A stretch of 64,000 nucleotides of DNA from a bacterium (GTDB taxonomy: Bacteria; Hinthialibacterota; Hinthialibacteria; Hinthialibacterales; Hinthialibacteraceae), in assembly GCA_963662285.2 (NCBI GenBank), contig CAXXMV010000006.1, positions 1,024,001 to 1,088,000 on the forward strand. Direction: 5' to 3'. Both the position numbers and the translations under genes were made by a program. How positions within the stretch are numbered: the stretch's first letter is position 1; each line of letters begins with the position of its first letter. The notes beneath the pieces are model-generated. The model was not told the DNA's origin and ran no database searches. It saw nothing but the letters and a program-made list of their open reading frames with translations. This document shows positions 37,961-47,667 of the stretch, piece after piece.

Positions 37961-39025
37961 TTATTGCCAGACGCCCGGGATGATTTCATTGCATTTAGGA
38001 CATGCGCCATTGGTTACATTATTTTGACTGACGCGGAAGCCGCATCGCTCAACTAATAGCGCATTGCATTTAGGGCAATAGGTGTTTTCCCATTCAGGCG
38101 CATGTCCATGAACGTTACCCACATAGACGAAGCGTAATCCTGCTTCTTTGCCGATATTGCCCGCATTTAGCAGAGTTTTTAGTCGAGTATTTCCTACGCC
38201 ATACATTTTATAATTCTCGTGAAACGCGGTTACATGCCAGGGGATATTCTTATCGACCGAAGCGATGAAACGGGCGATATCACGCAACTCCGCTGTTGAG
38301 TCATTCAACTCAGGAACCACGAGGGTCACTATCTCCACCCAGAAATTGTTCTGGTGCAGCAGGCCAATGGTTTGCAGAACCGATTCAAGCGAGCCGCCCA
38401 TTTTCTGGTAACTTCTGGGTTGGAAACATTTTAAGTCAACCTTGAAGCCATCCACCCACGGTTTGAGATACTGGATAATTTCAGGCGTTCCGTTGCCATT
38501 GGAAACGTAGGAAGTGTGGAGTCCAAGCTGTTTGGCATGGCGGAATATTTCGACTGCCCATTCGGATGTGATCAGCGGCTCATTATAAGTGCTGGTAACG
38601 GTTTTAGCGCCGCATCGTATTGTCAGATCAACCATTGCTTCGGCTGTGATAAGGCGGATTCCTCCTCCGGCGTTTTCATCGCGAATGGCTTGTGAGGTTT
38701 GCCAGTTTTGGCAAAATGAACAGTGCAGGTTGCAGCCCATCATGCCAAAACTCATGGCGTCGGTTCCCGGCATGAAATGGAAGAAAGGTTTTTTTTCTAT
38801 CGGATCGCAGTTGTAACCCGCTGTGTAACCAAATGGAACCTTCAATTGGCCATTTTGATTGAATCTAACTTTACAGACGCCGGATCGATTATTCTTGATC
38901 AAACAGCGGATGCCGCAAGCGTGACAACGGATGGCGTTATCTTTCTCTGGTGTGAATAATATTCCATTGCTTACGTGTTGGGCTAGTTGTTTTTCCAGTG
39001 TTATAGAATCTGATTGTTCATTCAT
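37961..39025 (-). CDS. amrS: AmmeMemoRadiSam system radical SAM enzyme
   Basis: CHACGIRC..GVCKVR, DPIEKKPFFHF, GCNLHCSFCQNW, TYNEP, PWHVTAFH, YVGNV and ENTYCPKC. Confidence 0.9.
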   Translation of the reverse strand: MNEQSDSITLEKQLAQHVSNGILFTPEKDNAIRCHACGIRCLIKNNRSGVCKVRFNQNGQLKVPFGYTAGYNCDPIEKKPFFHFMPGTDAMSFGMMGCNLHCSFCQNWQTSQAIRDENAGGGIRLITAEAMVDLTIRCGAKTVTSTYNEPLITSEWAVEIFRHAKQLGLHTSYVSNGNGTPEIIQYLKPWVDGFKVDLKCFQPRSYQKMGGSLESVLQTIGLLHQNNFWVEIVTLVVPELNDSTAELRDIARFIASVDKNIPWHVTAFHENYKMYGVGNTRLKTLLNAGNIGKEAGLRFVYVGNVHGHAPEWENTYCPKCNALLVERCGFRVSQNNVTNGACPKCNEIIPGVWQ

Positions 39026-39119
39026 GACAATATTTTATGCGATTATAAAATAATTTTCCAGAAGGGCTTTACCAAAGCTTAAAGAGTTGTAATATCTTGA
39101 CGTTAGAAAAAAGCAGTAT

Positions 39120-39207
39120 GCCGGAGTGGTGGAATTGGTAGACGCGCTAGGTTCAGGACCTAGTGTCCTTTTTGGACGTGGGAGTTCGACTCTCCCCTTC
39201 GGCACCA
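39120..39207 (+). tRNA. tRNA-Leu (anticodon CAG)
   Basis: GCCGGAG/CTTCGGC acceptor stem, GGAATTGGTAGAC D-loop, CTAGG-TTCAGGA-CCTAG anticodon arm, long variable arm, GTTCGA T-loop and encoded CCA. Confidence 0.97.
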
Positions 39208-39354
39208 TTTAAATAACTTAATATGCTTGACATACAATCATATCTTTCCAATCCCCCAAATAACTATTTCAAATTCTAAAAACAACTGGTTATATTGTTT
39301 TCCGTTGTTTCCACTTTTAGGCTTAAGGATTTTTGGCGCCAACGATGAATCCTA

Positions 39355-42300
39355 TTACTCGTAAGTGAGTATCAGTTTCCAACTTTCAAGAACAGGATTT
39401 CCTTCTCCTAACCAGTCTTCAAGCATAAGCGTCCATTCACCTAGTGATCTTTCGGACGGTACATCTTCGTCGAGAATATAAATCCACATACCTTGTTTCG
39501 TTCCAGGTACTGCATCGAAGAAGTCGTACCATTCACCCGATGGCAATACCAGATTAATAATTATTTCTTCCCATTCCGAACACGTGACTGTAATTTCCGC
39601 TCTGAAATGCGTAAGAACACGATCAGTTGTACAGTTAATCACGCGTGTTAGTGTATCGAGTTCAAATGTATTTAAATCAAGAGATGGAATGGGTACGCCC
39701 GCCTGGTCTTCGAGTATCTCCGATTGGGGGCCTGTTGAGGGCGGCGGAGTGGGAGTCGGAGTCCAGGGTTTAGGTGTTGGCGTCCTTGTCGGGATTCTTG
39801 TTGGCGTAGCAAGTTTGGTCGGGGTAGGAGTGTTCGGTTTTGGTATCAGGATACTGGTTGGCGTTGGGTATAACATTGATGGAGAATCGCTAAACATAGA
39901 AGCGGAGAACGAAGCGCCCGGCTCCATGATAAAGGCTTCCATACGATCAATCAGTACAAGGCTGCTGCCTCCCGCGCCTCCAGCGACCTGGATAAAGGGC
40001 GTGATCCACTCACAGGCATCGGGCTGATACACCACACAAATACGCCCTTCTCGATCAACGTAACTGGATGAATTAGCGAGTTGAGTCAAAGCAAGGGAAC
40101 CATCAACGTTAATTTGTTTGAGAACGTCTCCCTTAAGAGCTCCCATAAAGATAGATGCATTAGGTGAATTTGCCCGTAGAGTCGTCCGGATTAGCGCAGA
40201 GCATCCTTTGGAGTTTATCGCTGTCTCTGCTAATAGGTAGATTATTTCATTATTGTTAACCAGAAGGCCTATTCCTTTTCCATCGTTCGAGGAGGGAATC
40301 TGGTTTGCTGAAATAGAATACTGTGGAATAACTGCTCCTGGTGCAGCGCCGCCAAATCCGCCGGGAATCTCTACCCAGGAGTTTGAGGCCAAGGTCGATC
40401 CATTGAATTCATAAACGACTGACGGTTGTGGTTGGTTTCCTGAAAGGCTCCCTCCTGATATTGGATTCGGTTGGTTACTGAACATGGAAGAGCAGAACGA
40501 ATAATCGCTATGCATCACAAAAACTTCCACTCGATCAATCATCACATTGGTTGTACCCTCCGTTTTTCCAGCGACCTGGATAAAGGGCGTAATCGACCCA
40601 CCGGAATCGGGTTGATAAACTACGCAAATCTGACCTTCTTTATTAACGAAATTGGATGCGCTTGCACATTGATCATATGCAATCGAACCATCCATTTGAC
40701 CTTTCAGGACGCCCAAAACAACTGATGCGTCGGGCGCGTTAGCGCGCAAAGTCATCCGGATAAGGGCGGGTAGGCCGCCTGCGTCTATAGTCGTTTGCGT
40801 TAATAAAAATGCGACTTCGTTCGGCTTAACAAGCACGGCAAGCCCTTTATTGTCCACTGATGATGGAATCTGATCTCCGGTGATGGGGAAGCATGGGAAA
40901 ATCGATCCCGACGCGGCGCTACCGAAACCGCCGGGAATCTCTCCCCATCCGTTGGCTTCCAAGGTTGCCTGGTTGAACTCAAAAACGGCCTTCGGCTGAG
41001 GGGCTTCTCCAGGTATGACAGCTTCTTTTGGCGTTGGCGTCATTGTATGCGTCGGCGTGGGGCGTTTCGTTGGTGTGCGTGTCGGAGTGAAGGTGCGCGT
41101 CGGAGTGAATGTGCGTGTCGGTGTGGGGGTTGAAGGCTCGACATTTGTTATGGGCATTGGAACGATCTTTAGATTGTCAAACTCCAATTGTTGAGCATAT
41201 AGTTGGATTCCTACATATCCTTTTTGGTATTCGTGATCGACGCCAGAGATAGTCAATCCATCATCCCGTGTAAACTTGAATAAACCGTCTTTGACTTCTA
41301 ACGTCAAATGCATTCTTGTCTGTTCGGGATATGGTATATAGTCATCCTTCAAAAATGAGATCAATTGGTACCAGGGTGTATTATCACTGAATCGTTTGGA
41401 AATCTTTAAGAAGGGTCCGTCGACCCCATCAAGAGAATTCTGCGGCCAAATATCATTGATCATTATTACGCGGTAGTGACGGTCTGTGCCTGTATAAGCC
41501 CAAACTAGTCCAATCCCATCATCGTCATTGGCAACGGTATCAATCTCAAGCCGGAAATTCGTAAACTGCTGTTTTTTATAGATGAGAAATGTCCCCATAA
41601 GGCATGTGTCGTCAACATTACCCCAAATATTAGAACCTTGATAAAGTGCATAGCCGTCAAGCCCCAATTGGCTCTTACGGATCTCCCATGTAGGTGGTTC
41701 CGAAAAACCCAACGATACATCAGTGATAACCTGCCAACCATTAAGGCTTCGATCCTCAAAATTGAAAATGATCGATTCTTCCCCGGATGGAAGTGGTGTG
41801 GGTGTCTTAGTCGGCGTGAATGTCCGCGTCGGTGTTGGAGGCGCAGGATCTGAGTCAGATTCGATCAGTACACGGAATGTATAATTCCAAGGCTTGTTTT
41901 TATCTGCAGGGGCGGTATATCCAAAATTCTCCAAATACAACAAAATTTTGTAAGTTCCGGCAGAGAGTTGAAAGCGTCCGGTGGCCTTCTCATTCGGATT
42001 GGCAATGACTTTTGATGAATTGAGTGATGGAAGATAGGCGACTTCTGAGTTATCATCTGCGTCGAAGATCGTTCCACCAATAGCCGTACCTCCTTCCGTG
42101 TGTCCTGTCAGGGTGGTATCGATCCAACTGTCCGAGTTGAGTTTCAGCGTGTACCAGTCTCTCATATCCATTTGTGCGGGATCGACGGAATAATCTTTAT
42201 ACCCCAAGTGCCCATGGTTGCCTCCGCTACTGATATTCGGGGCGCCCGCTGCATTATCAGTGGATGCGGGGTCATCCGGTATCGGGTCCTGCTTGTAGTT

Positions 42301-42792
42301 GGTTCGCAAGGTGTATTCCCATTTGCCGTAGTGACAACCCTGGTAGTAAAAGATGTATACACAAATATAGTACTGCCCGGCCTTCAGGCGGATTTCTTTC
42401 TCTCTGATTTCGCCAGCTCTGGCATCAACAGCGCCTAATGTATTATCAGAGAAATATTTACCGCTTTGGCCCCAGATCGAAAATCCTATCCAACACCCGT
42501 TCTCTGTATAGGCGGAGAGAGTGGTTGTGAGCCAACCATCCTCCGGTATATTGAATACATACCAATCGCGCTTATCATCAATTGGGGGGGTGCTATACTC
42601 GTTAACTTCCAAATCGTCGCTAAATGATGAGCCAACATTCATAGTATTGGCAAAAGCTCGATCATCATCCGCTTCCGCCTGTCCGAAAGTTTGCATGCCG
42701 CCCATAAGAATGATGATTGCCGTAAGCGTTGAAACGAAAATAAATCTCGAGGTTATCCAGAAAAAAAGAACCGTTCTCATGCGAAAATTCAT
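39355..42792 (-). CDS. Large secreted mosaic protein: two PPC-like domains, a lectin/TSP-C-like beta-sandwich, Pro/Thr linkers, a tandem duplicated ~175-aa domain and a C-terminal proprotein-convertase P-like domain
   Basis: DKRDWYVF/DMRDWYTL PPC-like repeats; DDDGIGLVW...GYVGIQL...FDNLKI; TPTRTF repeats; twice FEFN..TL..N.W.EIPGGFG...ITPFIQVAG...IDR.E.F; terminal LVLPSG...GEWTLMLED...LESWKLIL. Confidence 0.75.
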   Translation of the reverse strand: MNFRMRTVLFFWITSRFIFVSTLTAIIILMGGMQTFGQAEADDDRAFANTMNVGSSFSDDLEVNEYSTPPIDDKRDWYVFNIPEDGWLTTTLSAYTENGCWIGFSIWGQSGKYFSDNTLGAVDARAGEIREKEIRLKAGQYYICVYIFYYQGCHYGKWEYTLRTNYKQDPIPDDPASTDNAAGAPNISSGGNHGHLGYKDYSVDPAQMDMRDWYTLKLNSDSWIDTTLTGHTEGGTAIGGTIFDADDNSEVAYLPSLNSSKVIANPNEKATGRFQLSAGTYKILLYLENFGYTAPADKNKPWNYTFRVLIESDSDPAPPTPTRTFTPTKTPTPLPSGEESIIFNFEDRSLNGWQVITDVSLGFSEPPTWEIRKSQLGLDGYALYQGSNIWGNVDDTCLMGTFLIYKKQQFTNFRLEIDTVANDDDGIGLVWAYTGTDRHYRVIMINDIWPQNSLDGVDGPFLKISKRFSDNTPWYQLISFLKDDYIPYPEQTRMHLTLEVKDGLFKFTRDDGLTISGVDHEYQKGYVGIQLYAQQLEFDNLKIVPMPITNVEPSTPTPTRTFTPTRTFTPTRTPTKRPTPTHTMTPTPKEAVIPGEAPQPKAVFEFNQATLEANGWGEIPGGFGSAASGSIFPCFPITGDQIPSSVDNKGLAVLVKPNEVAFLLTQTTIDAGGLPALIRMTLRANAPDASVVLGVLKGQMDGSIAYDQCASASNFVNKEGQICVVYQPDSGGSITPFIQVAGKTEGTTNVMIDRVEVFVMHSDYSFCSSMFSNQPNPISGGSLSGNQPQPSVVYEFNGSTLASNSWVEIPGGFGGAAPGAVIPQYSISANQIPSSNDGKGIGLLVNNNEIIYLLAETAINSKGCSALIRTTLRANSPNASIFMGALKGDVLKQINVDGSLALTQLANSSSYVDREGRICVVYQPDACEWITPFIQVAGGAGGSSLVLIDRMEAFIMEPGASFSASMFSDSPSMLYPTPTSILIPKPNTPTPTKLATPTRIPTRTPTPKPWTPTPTPPPSTGPQSEILEDQAGVPIPSLDLNTFELDTLTRVINCTTDRVLTHFRAEITVTCSEWEEIIINLVLPSGEWYDFFDAVPGTKQGMWIYILDEDVPSERSLGEWTLMLEDWLGEGNPVLESWKLILTYE

Positions 42793-42964
42793 GATAGGCC
42801 TCCATTGGCTTCCAGTGTTTCACACTTACTGGATAGTATATGGATTTGATATTTTTTGTGGGCTGAAAATGCAGGCAGGTTAGTTTTGGTACTATAGGAG
42901 GACAGAGGCATGCTTGAATCCTCTGAGTAAGCGTCTCCAGAAGCAGCCCTATTATATTTACAAA

Positions 42965-42994
42965 ATTATGATCCTATTTAGGATGGAATGTCAA
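42965..42994 (-). promoter_or_regulatory. sigma70-like promoter with an internal palindrome upstream of the mosaic protein gene
   Basis: Minus-strand TTGACA-N18-CATAAT. ATCCTA-TT-TAGGAT (42971-42984) lies in the spacer. Confidence 0.45.
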
Positions 42995-43057
42995 CAGTTC
43001 TCCCCTTATTATGCCAAGATATATGCCTTTTAACTATTAAGTAAGGGGATAGGATAT

Positions 43058-44563
43058 TCATTCGGCCAGGCTGTTAGGTAAGACTATTTGGTAATGATCC
43101 AGCAAAGTTCCTTCGGCCAGGTATAATCCTAAGATTGCTTTTCTAAGGTCAATTTGAGCATCGCTTTCATCCAGTTGAGATGCGATTAAATCCCGCTGCG
43201 TTGTAAGAACTAAAAGATTGGTTGATTTACCGACGCGGAATTTTTCCAATTCAGCTTGATATTTCGCTTTCTGAAGATGAGTGGCTCTTTGCGTGGCGGA
43301 AATTTGCCGTTTGGCGCGAATCAGTTCGGCGGAGGCCATACGAACATCAAGTTCAACCAATTGTTTGAAATTATCATAAGCGATTTGGGCTTTTTCCTTG
43401 TTATTAATAACGCGGGCATGACGGGCTTTAGCGGCGCGGTTTCCCAAAGGCATGGAGAATGAAAATCCCGTACGGGCGTCATAATTCTCTTCTATGATTT
43501 TGCTAAAGGAATTATTAAATGAATCTGCATATCCGGTTTTGCCCAGGGTAATAAAAAAATCGAGTTGCGGCAACAAACCGTTTTTGGTTCTTACAAGTTG
43601 AATATCCTGTGTTTCTATTTCAATGCGAGCCTGATATAGGTCAGGCCGAGTCGAACAAGCGACGGCAATATGTTTTTCTATGGAGCCTTCATCGAATTCA
43701 TCGATGTCGGGTGAATTCGTCAACTGGACATCTAAATCCCAGAAATCATTCAAGGGAGGATTAATGGATTGAAGAAGACGCAAGGTCGATTTATGTATAG
43801 CGCTCTGAGCGTCGATGACTGATTTTTCCCGGAGAGCCACTTCACCTTCAGCAGCAGCCAGATCAATTTCTGCAAGTTCGCCAACTTCTATACGGTCTTT
43901 GGTCTCCTGAAGTTGTTTTTCGGCAAGTTCCATGGAAGTGGTATGAATGCGTAATTCTTCTTTAGCTGAAAGAAGGTTCCAATAATTTTCTTCTACCTGG
44001 GCGATGAGAGCCAGGATAAATCCCCGTAATTCGTACAGGGATAATTCAAGGTTTTTTTCCGCAAGATGAACTCCCACCAGATTGGTATTTTCACCGAATC
44101 CCTTTAAGGCCGGTATTATAATATCGGCGCCTAAACGGGAAGAAAACAACTTGGTGTAAACATTCGATTCGCGTTCTGTGGTTGATAATCCAAACTCCAT
44201 TTCCACGCCAATGGGTAAGCGTTTTGATACGCCGGTAGAGGAGTCGTACTGCCGGTTGGTCACAGACCGGAATTCTCCAACGCCAGAAGATCGTTGTCCA
44301 TCGGAGTCAGAAAAAGTGAAACCTGTATTAAGGGATGAATCAAAAGAAGCCTGTTCTTCGCTGACAAAAGTACGGGCCGTCTCCAGTCCATATTTTTCTA
44401 CCGATAAAGAGCGGTTGTTTTCCAGAGCCATCACAATACTCTCCCGTACAGTGAGTTGCAGTGTGGAGGATGAGGTCGGCGCATCGGCGTCCGTCCAGGC
44501 GAGTTCAAGGATGCTTAACAGTAAACAGAGAACAATTATAAGATGGATAGGTTTGTTATTCAT
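43058..44563 (-). CDS. TolC family outer membrane efflux protein
   Basis: LTVRESIVMALENN, YWNLL, LLPQLDF, PLGNRAA and EKFRVGKST. Third gene of the efflux operon. Confidence 0.92.
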   Translation of the reverse strand: MNNKPIHLIIVLCLLLSILELAWTDADAPTSSSTLQLTVRESIVMALENNRSLSVEKYGLETARTFVSEEQASFDSSLNTGFTFSDSDGQRSSGVGEFRSVTNRQYDSSTGVSKRLPIGVEMEFGLSTTERESNVYTKLFSSRLGADIIIPALKGFGENTNLVGVHLAEKNLELSLYELRGFILALIAQVEENYWNLLSAKEELRIHTTSMELAEKQLQETKDRIEVGELAEIDLAAAEGEVALREKSVIDAQSAIHKSTLRLLQSINPPLNDFWDLDVQLTNSPDIDEFDEGSIEKHIAVACSTRPDLYQARIEIETQDIQLVRTKNGLLPQLDFFITLGKTGYADSFNNSFSKIIEENYDARTGFSFSMPLGNRAAKARHARVINNKEKAQIAYDNFKQLVELDVRMASAELIRAKRQISATQRATHLQKAKYQAELEKFRVGKSTNLLVLTTQRDLIASQLDESDAQIDLRKAILGLYLAEGTLLDHYQIVLPNSLAE

Positions 44564-44594
44564 TTTTCCTTGCCAGGTATCAAAGTAGTGAAAT

Positions 44595-47500
44595 TTATTC
44601 AGGTTGTAAGTTTATATCCTTTTTTCGTTCGAACATTAAATAGAAGATGGGAATAATAACTAATGTAATGATACTCGAACTGAGCAATCCCCCAATTACT
44701 ACCCGCGCCATTGGCGCCTGCACTTCGCCGCCTTCACCCAAGCCCAGCGCCAAAGGAAGCAATCCTACTGCGGTAGTTAATGTGGTCATCAGAATGGGGC
44801 GTAACCGGCGGCGTGCGCTTTCTTCTATGGCTTCCAGAATAGGCATACCATCCCGGCGTCGTAACAGGTTTGTGTAATCCACCAGGATAATTGCATTATT
44901 TACCACAATCCCGACCAGCATAATACAGCCGATAAACGATTGCAGGTTGAAGGTGGTATCGGTAATGATAAGCGTTATAACAACGCCGATAGTAGCAAGT
45001 GGAATAGCGAACATGACCACAAAAGGATCTATCAGCGATTCGAATTGCGATGCCATGACCATATAAACCAATAAAATAGCCAGGCAAAATCCGAATAATA
45101 GTTCCTTAAAGGACTTTTGTTGTTCTTCGTAATCGCCGCTGGGTTGAATCTCAAAATCAGCCGGTTTGGGAATGGCGTCAATTCGCTTTTTTATATCACC
45201 AATCACCGAACCTAAATCCCGGTCAGCTATATTGCCGGACACGGTTATAGTTCTTTGTTGATCCTCGCGTTCAATCTGAACCGGACCTTCACGTCTTTCG
45301 ATATTGACCACATTTTTGAGAACGATGCTTTTGCCTTGCGCATTGGCGACCGTCATATCGAGTACATCCGCAATCGCAAGCCGGTCGGTCTCCTTCAATC
45401 GAACCAGGATTTTGTATTCATCCCCGCCTTCACGAAACATCGTCGAACTGGTTCCGGAAAGGCTGGTTTCAATGGCGCTTGCAATCCGTGAGACCGAAAG
45501 CCCTAATGCAGAAGCTTTGGCGCGGTCAATGCGAACTATTTCTTCCGGTTGACCTTCTTCACGGCTGATACGAACATCCGTGATGCCTTCCACTTGCTCC
45601 ATCTCATCTTTTACCCTTAAGGCCAATTGTCTCGCTATATCCAAGTCATATCCCCTGACTTGAACTTCCGCCGCTTCTTCTCCTCCAGCAATCATTCGCA
45701 ACAGGAATAGGCCCTGGCCTTCACGCACGCGAATCACGATACCGGGAATATGTTCTAATAATGGACGTAAATCCTGGCATACTTTCGCACTGGATCGAAA
45801 ACGTTGACCGACTGGAACCAATGTTGCGCGCACCTCGCCGACATGTCCTCCTGAACCGCCTCTACCACTGGCGCCAACGCGGGTGTATATTACGGTTGCT
45901 TCGGGTATGGCTTCTCGGACGATTTTCTCTATTTCCTGGAATGTTGCATCAACCACCTCAATCCGCGTCCCGACCGCCATTTCTCCGCTTACCCGAACCT
46001 CCGATTCATCGGCTTTAGGCATCAATTCCACACCGACTTTACCGGTCATCCAGATACTTCCACCCAAGAGGATAAGCACCAGAAGAATTACTATATAACG
46101 AAAGCGAATGGCTGTATGCAGAAAAATAATGTATTCGCGTTCCAGAAAAGACATGAATTTATTGTTGTGGTTTTGAGCGGTTTTCTTCTGAATTTTAAGA
46201 AAGCGTGATGACAAGACAGGGATAAGAGTAAGCGCAACCACCAGCGAACAGAATAACGCAAAAACCACTACCACCGCCAATTGCCTGAAGGTGACGCCAG
46301 ACATTCCTCTGACGAACAGAACTGGTAAAAAAACGACGATAGTCGTCAGAGTACTGGCGAAGATCGCAGTTGATACTTCTTCCGTCCCCAGTAGCGCTGC
46401 ATTGAACTTTTTCTTCCCGCTCTCCAGGTGACGGTAAATATTTTCCAGTACGACGATGGCGCTATCAACCAGCATCCCCACTCCAAGCGCCAGTCCCCCA
46501 AAGGTCATGATATTTAAGGTAAAACCGCAAAAATACATCAACGCAAATGTGGCCATGATCGAGATGGGGATGGCAACGAAGATCACAAATGTACTGCGGA
46601 TATTCCGTAAAAATAAATAGAGAATCACAATTGACAAAAGCGCTCCATAAAAAGCGGCGTTTCTGACATTGCCAATCGCCCGCTTAATATATAGCGAACT
46701 GTCCAGAGTCGGGAAAACATGTAATTGAGGAAAATCTTCATTAATGCGATCAATTTCAGCAAGAGCGGCTTCTGCAACTTGAACGGTATTGCTGCCGGAT
46801 TGTTTATTTATCGCCATTCTCAAAACAGGTACTCCGCCTGAGCGGTAAATGTATGTGATCTCTTCATAAGAATCAGTGACCGTTCCAATATCTTTCAACA
46901 GAATAGGAACAGCATCGCGCATCTGAACAACTGTGTTTTTAATTTCGTCCAGGGTTTGATATTCACCTTCGGTGCGAACCTGCGATTCGAGATACCCCTC
47001 ATCCACTTTTCCGGCGGGTAGATTAATATTTTCCATACGCAAGGCATTCAAAACCGTATCCAGGGACATATCAAGGGAGGTTAATTTATGGCTATCCAAG
47101 TCAACATGAATTTCTCTTCGTAATCCACCGCGAACATCAACCGCAGCGACGCCGGGGATGCGTTCCAGACGGGATTTCACTTGATGCTCGACTACATCGC
47201 GTAATTCAACAGGGTCTAATTTGCCGGAAACGCCAAGATAGAGCACTGGAAATGAGGATAAATCGAATTTGTAAATTCGAGGGGAATCAGAATCTTCCGG
47301 CAGATGATCGCGGATTCTATCCACACGCGTTCTAACATCATTAGCAGCATCATCAATATCTATGCCCCAGACGAAACTTACTCGAACCCGGCTATTGCCT
47401 TCAGAAGAAGTCGAAATTATTTTTTCCACTCCCTGAATTGAACTTACAGCTTCTTCGACTGGCCGGGTAATCAGTTGCTCCATCTCTTTTGGACCAACGT

Positions 47501-47657
47501 TGGCGTATTCTGTGGCGACAGTAATACTAGGCCAGGTAATATCAGGCATTAAATCAATAGGTAAACGCATGAAGGAGATGATTCCAAACAGAATCACCAT
47601 GATAAAAAACATGAAAGTTGTTATGGGACGATTGACAGCGAAATGAGAAATTTTCAT
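44595..47657 (-). CDS. RND efflux transporter permease (AcrB/AcrD/AcrF family)
   Basis: LPIDLMPDI, GMLVDSAIVVLENI, GIVVNNAIILVD and RLRPILMTTLTT. Confidence 0.96.
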   Translation of the reverse strand: MKISHFAVNRPITTFMFFIMVILFGIISFMRLPIDLMPDITWPSITVATEYANVGPKEMEQLITRPVEEAVSSIQGVEKIISTSSEGNSRVRVSFVWGIDIDDAANDVRTRVDRIRDHLPEDSDSPRIYKFDLSSFPVLYLGVSGKLDPVELRDVVEHQVKSRLERIPGVAAVDVRGGLRREIHVDLDSHKLTSLDMSLDTVLNALRMENINLPAGKVDEGYLESQVRTEGEYQTLDEIKNTVVQMRDAVPILLKDIGTVTDSYEEITYIYRSGGVPVLRMAINKQSGSNTVQVAEAALAEIDRINEDFPQLHVFPTLDSSLYIKRAIGNVRNAAFYGALLSIVILYLFLRNIRSTFVIFVAIPISIMATFALMYFCGFTLNIMTFGGLALGVGMLVDSAIVVLENIYRHLESGKKKFNAALLGTEEVSTAIFASTLTTIVVFLPVLFVRGMSGVTFRQLAVVVVFALFCSLVVALTLIPVLSSRFLKIQKKTAQNHNNKFMSFLEREYIIFLHTAIRFRYIVILLVLILLGGSIWMTGKVGVELMPKADESEVRVSGEMAVGTRIEVVDATFQEIEKIVREAIPEATVIYTRVGASGRGGSGGHVGEVRATLVPVGQRFRSSAKVCQDLRPLLEHIPGIVIRVREGQGLFLLRMIAGGEEAAEVQVRGYDLDIARQLALRVKDEMEQVEGITDVRISREEGQPEEIVRIDRAKASALGLSVSRIASAIETSLSGTSSTMFREGGDEYKILVRLKETDRLAIADVLDMTVANAQGKSIVLKNVVNIERREGPVQIEREDQQRTITVSGNIADRDLGSVIGDIKKRIDAIPKPADFEIQPSGDYEEQQKSFKELLFGFCLAILLVYMVMASQFESLIDPFVVMFAIPLATIGVVITLIITDTTFNLQSFIGCIMLVGIVVNNAIILVDYTNLLRRRDGMPILEAIEESARRRLRPILMTTLTTAVGLLPLALGLGEGGEVQAPMARVVIGGLLSSSIITLVIIPIFYLMFERKKDINLQPE

Positions 47658-47667
47658 CCAGTTTTTC

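Noticed and set aside
41030-41135. 18-bp tandem repeats as a possible CRISPR or VNTR
   Set aside because: They encode TPTRTF linker repeats within a CDS, with no spacers and no cas genes.
39120-42792. Genomic island integrated at tRNA-Leu
   Set aside because: No integrase next to the tRNA, and I found no duplicated tRNA 3' end in the window.
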